DNA from: Clostridia bacterium
GTDB taxonomy: Bacteria; Bacillota; Clostridia; Saccharofermentanales; DTU023
NCBI GenBank assembly: GCA_040767365.1
Contig: JAXGOR010000002.1
Location: 247,150 to 311,149, forward strand
DNA: 64,000 bases
Direction: 5' to 3'
Shown: in pieces, positions 12,152 to 20,212 of the stretch
Numbering within the stretch: the stretch's first letter is position 1
Layout of the letters: each line of letters opens with the position of its first letter
The notes under the pieces: model-generated
Database searches by the model: none
Seen by the model: the letters and a program-made list of their open reading frames with translations, nothing else
Told to the model about the DNA's origin: nothing
Made by a program: the position numbers and the translations under genes

Positions 12152-12418
12152 TTATTCATAATGTCCTTTCGAAAGCTGGTTTTCACCCTTCAACCTGCTC
12201 CTGAGTGTGGCCGTGGAGACGGGTGACAGGAAGACCCGGTCGACCGTGACGATCATGGATCGGGGGAGCTCCCCCGTCATCCAATCGAGTCTGCCCTCCT
12301 CTTCCACCCGCTTCATAAATTCAGCCGTCACCCCGGCCGGCGCCAGCCGGTCAAGATCAAAAATTCCAATGATCCAAGGGGCGGGGATGGAGACATCGCC
12401 CCCAATGTGAACGTACAT
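12152..12418 (-). CDS. DUF370 / RemB (YaaB)-like small protein
   Basis: 88 aa, MYVHIGGDVSIP...IIGIFD...SMIVTVDRVFLSPVSTATLRSR. This resembles B. subtilis YaaB/RemB and occupies the same recF-gyrB intergenic position. Confidence 0.75.
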   Translation of the reverse strand: MYVHIGGDVSIPAPWIIGIFDLDRLAPAGVTAEFMKRVEEEGRLDWMTGELPRSMIVTVDRVFLSPVSTATLRSRLKGENQLSKGHYE

Positions 12419-12523
12419 ATGGCTCCGTCCCGGCAGGTGAAATCAGGCCTTTGAATCCTCATGAAATTATAGCATAAAACCCGGTCCCCCCGCTTGACAG
12501 AAGCGGCCAACCGGGGCTTGGAA

Positions 12524-13708
12524 TCACTTGATGGCAGGCATCTCCACCTGTTTGACCCTGCCCTCCTCCACCTGGTAGTAGTGGACAGGCCCCGACCAGC
12601 TGACAGCAGGTCCGGTCAGCCCGGCTTCGGTCGCGGTGAGGAAGACCTGATGATCCCTTATCACCTCCATGAGGCGGGATCTTCTGGACGAATCGAGTTC
12701 CGACATGACATCGTCGAGCAGGAGGATGGGTTTTTCACCACTTATTTCCTCCAGGAGCATGAGTTCCGCGATCTTCAGGGCCAGGACGGCAGACCGCTGC
12801 TGGCCCTGGGAGGCGTAGAGCCGGGCGTCGGATCCATTGAGGGTGATCAGCAGGTCATCCCGGTGGGGCCCCTGGGAGGTGCTGCCACGCAGCAGATCCT
12901 CCTCCCGGGACCGGGTCAGCCGCTCCCGGTAGGCGGCGAGGATGTCGGATCGGCTCATGCCGGCCTCCAGGCCTGGAAATCCCCTGTATTGGATGTCAAG
13001 CACTTCCCTGGAGGAGGTCAGGTGCTGGAGGGAGAGCGCGGCATAGGCCGTCAGCCGGGCCGTGTAGTCCAGCCTCTTTTCCAGCAGGGCGGCCGCCTGG
13101 TCCGACAGGGCCTGGTCCCACACATCGAGCTGGGCCCCAGCCGGATGGAGGGCCTGGTCCCCCGGCCTGGCAGGGGCCGAACGCAGGTTTTTCAACAGCC
13201 GGTTCCTCTGGGCAATGATCCGCCAGAATTCCTGCAGGTCCCGGAAGTAGGACCGGTCAGTCCTTGAAATCAGGATGTCCAGGAAGCGCCGTCTTTCAGC
13301 CGGGCCGTCCTTGACGATCTGGAGGTCTTCAGGGGCAAAGATGATGGCATGGAAAAGGCCCATCATATCGGCCAGTCTCTCGACTGTCAGGCCATTGTAG
13401 CGGACGATCCTGGCCGGCTGTCCCTGCCGGTCCGAGGCCCGCCTGTACTCAATGGAGACTGTCTCGCTGATACCCCGGTCGGTGACGAAGGCCACGCTGG
13501 TCCGGTAGCCGTCGGCGCCCTGCCTCACCAGCTCCTCGTCACGCCCTGTCCGGTGGGACCGGGCACAGGTACAAAGATAGATGGCCTCCAGCAGGTTGGT
13601 CTTGCCTTGCGCGTTGGGCCCGAAAAGGATATGCGTGCCGCCCGGGAAGTCAAGCTTGAGACTCTGGTAGTTTCTAAAATCAGTCAGCTCGACGGAACAA
13701 AGGCGCAT
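12524..13708 (-). CDS. recF: DNA replication and repair protein RecF
   Basis: N-terminal L.L.DFRNY and Walker A GPNAQGKTNLLEA, SMC-like signature QGQQRS, Walker B LLLDDV. Located between dnaN and gyrB. Confidence 0.9.
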   Translation of the reverse strand: MRLCSVELTDFRNYQSLKLDFPGGTHILFGPNAQGKTNLLEAIYLCTCARSHRTGRDEELVRQGADGYRTSVAFVTDRGISETVSIEYRRASDRQGQPARIVRYNGLTVERLADMMGLFHAIIFAPEDLQIVKDGPAERRRFLDILISRTDRSYFRDLQEFWRIIAQRNRLLKNLRSAPARPGDQALHPAGAQLDVWDQALSDQAAALLEKRLDYTARLTAYAALSLQHLTSSREVLDIQYRGFPGLEAGMSRSDILAAYRERLTRSREEDLLRGSTSQGPHRDDLLITLNGSDARLYASQGQQRSAVLALKIAELMLLEEISGEKPILLLDDVMSELDSSRRSRLMEVIRDHQVFLTATEAGLTGPAVSWSGPVHYYQVEEGRVKQVEMPAIK

Positions 13709-13714
13709 GGCGGC

Positions 13715-14821
13715 TTATCTGCGGAGTGGCAGGATCATGTAGAAAAATTGATCTCCGGACTCCGGCTTGATGGAACAGGGCTGCAGGCTGCCACTGAAGG
13801 TCAGGACCACCTGCTCCTCGGTTATCTCGCGCAGGGCTTCGATGAAAAAGCGGGGATTGAAGTCAATCTCGATTTTCTCCCCTGACAGGGCAACCGGAAT
13901 CTCTTCACGGGCGGTCCCTATGTCGGTCTTGGACTCGATGGTGAGCGTATCCTCATCGGGCATGCTGAAGACCACGGGGAAGCGTCTGTCATCGGTGTCA
14001 ATCATGATGGAAGCCCGGATGACGGCCGCAAGCAGGACCTCAGGTGAGATCATGAGACTGGTATCGGCGTCCCGGGGTATGATGCTCCTGTAGTTCAAGA
14101 ACTCACCCCGGATCAGACGGGTCACCACCTTGACCTCCCCCCTGTTGAAGATGATGTAGTTGTGCGAGGGGGAGATGACGACCTCTTCATCCGTATCCTG
14201 CATAATCCGCGCGATCTCGCTCATGGCCTTGGCGGGGATGATGATATTGGTGTTGACCGCCATACCGGGAATCTCCTCCTTGCGTACGGCCAGGCGGAAA
14301 CCATCCAGGGCGACCAGGGTCAGGGTCTCATTCTCACAGATCATGTTGATGCCCATGAGGATGGGCCGGCTCTGATCCGTGCTGACCGCGAAGAGGGTCT
14401 GGTTGATCATCTGCCTCAGGGTGCTCTGTTTGAGGCTGATTTTCGACTCCTCCTCGATAAAGAGGATTTCAGGATACTGATCGGCGGCGTAACCCCGGAT
14501 ATTGAAGACACTCTTACCGCTTTCAACCACCAGGACCGTCTCCTCCTTGATGGCCAGGTAGACGTGGTTGTCAGGTAGTTTTCGGACAACCTCCGACAGG
14601 ATCCTGGCGGGCACCACCAGCCCTCCCTTGTGGGAAATATCAGCTTCCATACGGTATTCGATACCGGTTTCACTGTCATAGCCCGTCAGGACAAGCTCCT
14701 GGTTGGCCTTCAAGAGGATCCCGTCCAGCACGGGATTGGTCGATCGAGTGGAGACCGCCCGCTGGACTGTCGAAATCGCTTCCATTAACTGGTTTCTTGA
14801 GCAAGTAAGTTTCATTTTCAT
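13715..14821 (-). CDS. dnaN: DNA polymerase III beta sliding clamp
   Basis: MKMKLTCSRNQLMEAISTVQRAVSTRSTNPVLDGILL... is a typical DnaN N-terminus. I prefer ATG at 14821, preceded by GGGAGG, over the ORF-track start at 14872. Confidence 0.9.
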   Translation of the reverse strand: MKMKLTCSRNQLMEAISTVQRAVSTRSTNPVLDGILLKANQELVLTGYDSETGIEYRMEADISHKGGLVVPARILSEVVRKLPDNHVYLAIKEETVLVVESGKSVFNIRGYAADQYPEILFIEEESKISLKQSTLRQMINQTLFAVSTDQSRPILMGINMICENETLTLVALDGFRLAVRKEEIPGMAVNTNIIIPAKAMSEIARIMQDTDEEVVISPSHNYIIFNRGEVKVVTRLIRGEFLNYRSIIPRDADTSLMISPEVLLAAVIRASIMIDTDDRRFPVVFSMPDEDTLTIESKTDIGTAREEIPVALSGEKIEIDFNPRFFIEALREITEEQVVLTFSGSLQPCSIKPESGDQFFYMILPLRR

Positions 14822-14939
14822 TGCCTCCCGCCGGGCCTGTCGTCCTCTAAGATCTTTCACCTTCCTCCTCATCTGTCCGTGGAAAGTGTGAAAAACCGCT
14901 TGCTTTCGAGTCCGGGCCGGCCTTTGCGCCTGTTACCAA

Positions 14940-15063
14940 TCCGTTAATTGTATGTGATCTCCCTGTTGAGATCCCGGCTTATCCACAATTTGTTGTTTGT
15001 GCACATTCACTCAACAGGGTGTTGACAACGAATTATCAACAAATGATCATAACTTGTTGATTA
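14940..15063. promoter_or_regulatory. oriC DnaA-box cluster, dnaA-dnaN intergenic part
   Basis: Perfect TTATCCACA at 14979-14987 and TTATCAACA at 15033-15041. Reverse-orientation variants tgttgacaa at 15020-15028 and tgttgatta at 15055-15063. The region is locally AT-rich inside a GC-rich genome. Confidence 0.65.
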
Positions 15064-16410
15064 TTCCAGTCTCGTTTCAATATTATTGATGGCTTCCGCC
15101 AGTACCGCGTCGGAGACCAGGCCTTCTGAAATTTTATCACAGGCGTGCAGGACAGTCGCGTGATTCTTGCCGCCGAAGGCGTTGCCGATTTCCTTCAGGG
15201 TCTTGTTCAGCTTCTTCCGGCAGAGGTACATGGCGATCTGGCGTGGCTCCACAATATCCTGGCTGCGCTGGCGGGACTTGAGGTCATCGACGGTGACCCC
15301 GTAGTAGTGGGCCACGATCTCCATGATCAGGGGGAAGTCGAGAGGCTTGACCGCGCCCGGCTGAATCACGCTCTGGAGGGCCTGGCGGGCTGTGTCGAGG
15401 GTGACCTCCGACCCGATCATCTGGAGGGCGCTGATGGTCTTGAAGGCCCCTTCAATCTCGCGGACATTGGAGGTGATGTTGTCGGCGATGTACTCGATGA
15501 TCTCCGGATCCATATCAACCCCGTTGCTGCGGCCCAGGTTCTTCAGGATGGCGATCCGGGTCTCGTAGTCGGGGGGCTGAATGTCGATGGTCAGCCCGCT
15601 GATGAAGCGGGTGCGCAGCCTGTCTGTCAGCGAGGCCAAGCTCTGAGGCGGTTTGTCACAGGTCAGGATGATATTCTTGCCCGACTCGTAGAGGGCGTTG
15701 AAGGTGTAGAAGAATTCGACCTGCATCCGCTCCTTGGACTCGATGAACTGTATGTCATCGATCAGGAGCATGTCGGCCAGGCGGTAGTGGTTGCGGAAGG
15801 CCTCGAAATCGTTCTTCTGGATGCAGCTGATAAATTCGTTGACAAACTGCTCCGACTGGACGTAAACTACGCGCTTATGGGGAAAATCATGCCGGACCTG
15901 GTTGCCGATGGCCTGCATGAGATGGGTCTTGCCCAGACCCGAACCCCCGTAGAGGAAGAGGGGGTTGTAATTGCTGGGGCTCTCCATGGAGGCGACCGCC
16001 ACCGAGGCCGCATGCGCGAAGTTGTTGCCGGGGCCGACGATGAAGGTGGAAAAGGAGTAGTCGGGATTCAGCTTCCCGTGCTGGAAGGCCCCGTTGCCGC
16101 CGTTGTTCTCGGCTGACTGCCGGCTGGAGATCTCATCCTTTGAGGGGACGCTGCCGTCCGCCCGGACGGCGATTTCCAGGGCATAGTGGACCCGGGTCAA
16201 CTCCCGGAGGGAGCCTTCGATCAGCTCCCGGTGCCGGCCGATATATTCCTGGGCGAATTCATTGGGCACGGAAAGGCCGAAGGTACGCTCATCGGGGAGG
16301 TAGGGTTTCGCCTTGGAAAACCAGGTATTGTAGGTAAGTGGATTTATTTGCTTGCTCAGTGTTTGAGAGCACACGGAATCCCAGATCGAATCGGCACTTT
16401 TTCTTGCCAT
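15061..16410 (-). CDS. dnaA: Chromosomal replication initiator DnaA
   Basis: MARKSADSIWDSV...TYNTWF N-terminus, AAA+ Walker A GGSGLGKTHL, LLIDDIQF, and C-terminal DNA-binding domain (...GGKNHATVLHA). I prefer the internal ATG at 16410 over the ORF-track start at 16527. Confidence 0.95.
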   Translation of the reverse strand: MARKSADSIWDSVCSQTLSKQINPLTYNTWFSKAKPYLPDERTFGLSVPNEFAQEYIGRHRELIEGSLRELTRVHYALEIAVRADGSVPSKDEISSRQSAENNGGNGAFQHGKLNPDYSFSTFIVGPGNNFAHAASVAVASMESPSNYNPLFLYGGSGLGKTHLMQAIGNQVRHDFPHKRVVYVQSEQFVNEFISCIQKNDFEAFRNHYRLADMLLIDDIQFIESKERMQVEFFYTFNALYESGKNIILTCDKPPQSLASLTDRLRTRFISGLTIDIQPPDYETRIAILKNLGRSNGVDMDPEIIEYIADNITSNVREIEGAFKTISALQMIGSEVTLDTARQALQSVIQPGAVKPLDFPLIMEIVAHYYGVTVDDLKSRQRSQDIVEPRQIAMYLCRKKLNKTLKEIGNAFGGKNHATVLHACDKISEGLVSDAVLAEAINNIETRLE

Positions 16411-16527
16411 GGCCAAGCTGTCACGTCTCCTTCCCGTTTCCAAAACCTCTCCAGTTTTCAGATGAGGGTGATGACTATCGTACCAGAAAAAAAGCTGTCG
16501 CGAAAGGCTGAAAGCCGCAATTTTCAA

Positions 16528-16750
16528 CGCATTTTCAACTTATCCCCGCCTTTCGGATACCAACAATTTGTGGCTTGCAGCCTGTTGATTGTTGATAACT
16601 TTGTTGATAAACCGTCCGGCCCCTTTCTGATCCTTGATTCATCGGATTTTTAATCCCGAAAATTGCTTTTGGATCAAAAAAATCCTGAAATTATCTCTCT
16701 TTCCTGTTGACAACTTGTTGATTATTCAAAAAATGAATGTTGAAAACAAT
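16528..16750. promoter_or_regulatory. oriC DnaA-box cluster upstream of dnaA with AT-rich stretch
   Basis: tgttgataa (reverse complement of TTATCAACA) at 16590-16598 and 16602-16610. tgttgacaa at 16705-16713 and tgttgatta at 16716-16724. An AT-rich stretch spans 16630-16700. The 16-nt string aacttgttgattattc also occurs at 15051-15066. Confidence 0.6.
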
Positions 16751-17905
16751 TTAGTCAGTCTCAGCCATGAGGGTGGCCAGGGCTTCGAGGGCTGTATCGA
16801 TCTCTTCCTCCGTATTGGCGGCCCCAAAGGAGAAACGGACCGTCCCTGAGGGGAAGGTGCCCAGGCTCTGGTGGGCAAGCGGGGCGCAGTGGAGGCCGAC
16901 CCGGGTCAGGATCTGCCATCTCTTCTCGAGCTGGTGAGCAATCAGGGCATTGTCCCGGCCCGGGAAATCCAGGCTGGCGACAGCCGTCCGGCCCTCCAGG
17001 CCGGGCAGGCCGGCGGGAGCAATGCCGGGGATGGACTCCAGGCCCTGGAGGAAACGGGCCAACAGTCCCTCCTTCTTCACCTGCAGTTTTTCAAGTCCCT
17101 GGTTTTCCAGGTGGATCAAGGCGGCGCGCAGACCCAGGATCCCGGGCAGGTTGACCGTCCCGCTTTCATACTTGTCGGGCAGGAAGGAGGGCTGGTCAAA
17201 GCTGTTCGACCGGCTGCCCGTCCCGCCGACCACCAGGGGTTCCAGCCTCTCCGCCAGCTCCCTGGTCAGGAGGAAACCGCCGGTTCCCTGGGGTCCCCCC
17301 AGGGCCTTGTGTCCGGTGAAGGCCAGAAAATCGATGGCCATATCCCGCATGGAGACGGGGATCGCGCCGGCTGTCTGGGCGGCATCGACGGCAAGGAGGA
17401 TCCCTTTGGCCCGGCAGAGCTGTCCCAGCTCCTCCAGGGGGAGGATGGTTCCGCAGACATTGGAGGCATGGAGGGTGACGACCGCCCTGGTATCCGCCTG
17501 GATCTTCTCCTCGAAGGCGGCGACCCTTACCCGGCCGTTGCGGTCGGCCGGGGCGATGGAATAGCGGATCCCCCGCTTTTTCTCCAGCCGGGTCAGGGGC
17601 CGCATGACGGCATTGTGCTCCATGCCGCTCACGACGACGTGGTCGCCGGGCTGGAGGATCCCCTCCAGGAACAAATTGAGCGAGAAGGTGACGCCGGAGC
17701 TGAGGATGACCCGCCTGGGGTCGTCCAGCTCAAAAAGATCAGCCAGGCGGTCCCGGGTGTCCAGGACCCGGGCCTCAACGCTGTAGGCCTCCTGGTAGTT
17801 GCCCCGGCCGATATTGACCCCCTCCTCCTCGATGAAGGCCTTCATGGCCTCCCCTACCCCGGGTGCCTTGGGGAAGGAGGTGCTGTTCTGGTCAAGATAG
17901 ATCAT
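16751..17905 (-). CDS. Class V aminotransferase-fold PLP enzyme (cysteine desulfurase / selenocysteine lyase-like)
   Basis: MIYLDQNSTSFP... start, and FTGHKALGGPQGTGGFLL (PLP-lysine motif of the class V fold). The ORF-track extension to 18154 overlaps nadE and is Pro/Arg/Ser-rich low-complexity sequence, so I prefer ATG at 17905. Confidence 0.75.
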   Translation of the reverse strand: MIYLDQNSTSFPKAPGVGEAMKAFIEEEGVNIGRGNYQEAYSVEARVLDTRDRLADLFELDDPRRVILSSGVTFSLNLFLEGILQPGDHVVVSGMEHNAVMRPLTRLEKKRGIRYSIAPADRNGRVRVAAFEEKIQADTRAVVTLHASNVCGTILPLEELGQLCRAKGILLAVDAAQTAGAIPVSMRDMAIDFLAFTGHKALGGPQGTGGFLLTRELAERLEPLVVGGTGSRSNSFDQPSFLPDKYESGTVNLPGILGLRAALIHLENQGLEKLQVKKEGLLARFLQGLESIPGIAPAGLPGLEGRTAVASLDFPGRDNALIAHQLEKRWQILTRVGLHCAPLAHQSLGTFPSGTVRFSFGAANTEEEIDTALEALATLMAETD

Positions 17906-20195
17906 CCGGGTCCCTCTTTTTCTCTTCAAGATAAGCCTCAAGTTCCTCGATCCAGAGCTGGGGCGTGGCGTCCCCCGGCATCTGCCAGGCGGTGGCCGGC
18001 AGGAGCCGCCAGGGGAAGGCGGCAACCCCCTCCGGGGAGGCGGTCCGCTTGAACTGGTGCTGGAAAAACCGGCGGAGGAAGACGGTAAGCCAGCCCTGGA
18101 TGTCAGATGCCTGGTAGTCCTCCTTGAAATCCTGGCAGGCCAGTTCATAGACAAGCGACACCTTCCGGCCCTGGAAGATGAGATGCCAGAGGAAGTAGTC
18201 GATCAGCTCATAGGGGCCGATGACCTCTTCTGTCAGCTGGACCAGCTGGTCTTCCGGGCCGGTCGGCAGGAGTTCGGGGGAGACGGGCCGGGCCAGGATG
18301 GTCCGGAGGGCGGCCGCGGCCGCCCGGGCCCTGTCCCCCGGCGGGAAGAGGGGGGACTGGCCCTTGTCCAGGAGCTGGGCCGCCAGCCGCGTCATCTCAC
18401 GGACCACGGTTTTAGCCAGGGAGGCGTTGACGGCATACATGGACATCTGGTCGGCGTTATAGGTACACCAGCCTACCGCCAGTTCGGAAAGGTCGCCTGT
18501 ACCGACCACCATGCCGCCCTCCAGGTTGGACAGGTCCATGAGGATCTGGGTCCGCTCGCGGGCCTGGGCGTTTTCAAAGGTGACATCCTTTTTTTCGCCG
18601 TCATGGCCGATGGCCCGGAGATGGAGGTCGACCGCCTGGTCGATGGGGATCTCCCTGAAATCCGCGCCGGCGGCCTCGCCCAGGGTCCGGGCCAGTTCCC
18701 TGGATTTATCCGAAGTGCCGGGGCCTGGCAGGGAGAGGGCCAAAAGATCGGAGGCGGGCCGGTCGAGCAGGCGGAGGGCCTCGAGTGAAACCAGGAGGGC
18801 CAGCGCGGAATCCAACCCCCCCGAGAGGCCGAGGACGGGTTTGGTCTGCAGGAAGTCCAGCCGGTCGGCCAGGCCCCGGGCCTGTATGGCCAGGGTCTCC
18901 TGGTAGAAGCTGACAGGGTCGAGCTCCTGCCGCATGAGGAAGGGCAGGCGGGTCCAGTCCTGGGGGGAGGGATCTGCCAGTTTGTCGTTTTTCAGGATAT
19001 TCCACCGGGTCCCCCTGTCCCCCCTCATACGGAAGAGGTCACCCGAAGCCATGTCGGCCAGGGTCAGGCCGGTCGTGTAGGGCTGGCCCTCGGCCAGGAC
19101 ACGGCCATCGGAGATGATGAGCCGGTGGCCGGCGTAGACACCGCCGCTGGAGGATTCCCCCTTGCCGGCCCCCGCGTAGAGGACGATGCTGCGGTCACGG
19201 AGGGAACGCCGGATCAGTTCCCGCCTGATCCGCCGGTAGTCACCCGTCCATTCCTGGCGGGCGTCAGCGATGGCAGCGACCGGGATGGAGCCATGCGAGA
19301 GCGCGTCCTCCGCGTGGGCCGGGTCAAAATTGAAAAGCCTGACATCCTGGCAGTCATTGATATTGCGGGGGAGGAGGGAGGGCCTGACGGCCAGGCAGGG
19401 GATGACCGTGCAGAGATTGACGAATTCGAAGGTGAAGGAGAGGAGATTTTGGGCCGTCATCTGGCAGAGGGGGAACTCAAAGTCGAAGGCGCTGCCTCCC
19501 GGGTCCGGCCCGGAGGGGAGGGGCTGGCCCGGATCAAGGCGGATGATGGTCGGACATTCAGCGGGAGGCAGGCGGAGCTCGGTAATCCCGTCCCCCTCCG
19601 TCCGGCCGCCGGCGTCGGCGATCAGTTCACAGGGGAAGGAACCCGGCAGGCCCAGATCCTGGCTAAAGGGATCGGAAAACCAGCGCCGTTCATCCCGGGT
19701 CAGGTAGGCCGCCGGTGTCATCCCCACAATCCCCCCGTGGTAGAGGAGGGCGGTTGCCTTGAAGAGGCGCCTTTCCAGCCGGAGGGGGAGGGACAGGAGG
19801 ACCAGGATCTGTGAATCGGAGGTGGCCCGCGTGATCCGGGCCAGGCTCTCCAGGCAGGCGTCCTGCAGGCTTCTTTGGAAGAAGAGGTCGCCGGCGGACC
19901 GGCCGGTCAGCGCCATGTCGGAAAAGAGGAGGACGTCGGCGCCGGCCGCGGTGGCCTCCCCGATCAGGGAGAGGATCTGCTCTTCATTATGGGATACCTG
20001 GCCCAGACGGATCTCCGGGGTTGCCAGGGCCAGCCGGATATCCCGGTAGCCGTCCAGCATTTCGCTGGCGGTCAATTCCAGGACCAGGCTGTCCTCCCCG
20101 GTCAAGGTGAGGCCGGCCGGCCTTTCCACCGTCAAGGTATCCGCCCCTTCCCCGGGCGGCCTGCCGACGTTGGGATCTTCCCGATCAGGATTCAT
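17892..20195 (-). CDS. nadE: NAD+ synthetase with N-terminal CN-hydrolase-like domain
   Basis: PP-loop GLSGGLDSALALLV, and FENAQARERTQILMDLSN...GTGDLSELAVGW in the synthetase domain. The N-terminal region is alignable to the glutaminase (nitrilase-fold) domain of glutamine-dependent NadE. Confidence 0.8.
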   Translation of the reverse strand: MNPDREDPNVGRPPGEGADTLTVERPAGLTLTGEDSLVLELTASEMLDGYRDIRLALATPEIRLGQVSHNEEQILSLIGEATAAGADVLLFSDMALTGRSAGDLFFQRSLQDACLESLARITRATSDSQILVLLSLPLRLERRLFKATALLYHGGIVGMTPAAYLTRDERRWFSDPFSQDLGLPGSFPCELIADAGGRTEGDGITELRLPPAECPTIIRLDPGQPLPSGPDPGGSAFDFEFPLCQMTAQNLLSFTFEFVNLCTVIPCLAVRPSLLPRNINDCQDVRLFNFDPAHAEDALSHGSIPVAAIADARQEWTGDYRRIRRELIRRSLRDRSIVLYAGAGKGESSSGGVYAGHRLIISDGRVLAEGQPYTTGLTLADMASGDLFRMRGDRGTRWNILKNDKLADPSPQDWTRLPFLMRQELDPVSFYQETLAIQARGLADRLDFLQTKPVLGLSGGLDSALALLVSLEALRLLDRPASDLLALSLPGPGTSDKSRELARTLGEAAGADFREIPIDQAVDLHLRAIGHDGEKKDVTFENAQARERTQILMDLSNLEGGMVVGTGDLSELAVGWCTYNADQMSMYAVNASLAKTVVREMTRLAAQLLDKGQSPLFPPGDRARAAAAALRTILARPVSPELLPTGPEDQLVQLTEEVIGPYELIDYFLWHLIFQGRKVSLVYELACQDFKEDYQASDIQGWLTVFLRRFFQHQFKRTASPEGVAAFPWRLLPATAWQMPGDATPQLWIEELEAYLEEKKRDPDDLS

Positions 20196-20212
20196 GGTCT
20201 GCCTCCTCCGCT

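Noticed and set aside
15145-16116. 323-aa plus-strand ORF antisense to dnaA. Similar cases are 16871-18052, 23625-24896 and 32756-33679.
   Set aside because: All of these lie opposite strongly supported genes in the GC-rich half and have low-complexity composition. None has a plausible RBS or motif.
16411-16527. N-terminal extension of dnaA in the ORF track. Analogous extensions exist for dnaN (to 14872), the aminotransferase (to 18154), the SDR (from 22134), MATE (from 27844) and the ABC ATPase (from 54865).
   Set aside because: The internal starts give canonical N-termini, and for several of them RBS-like sequences (weak or poorly spaced for dnaA and the SDR). The extensions overlap neighbouring genes or oriC and look non-protein-like.
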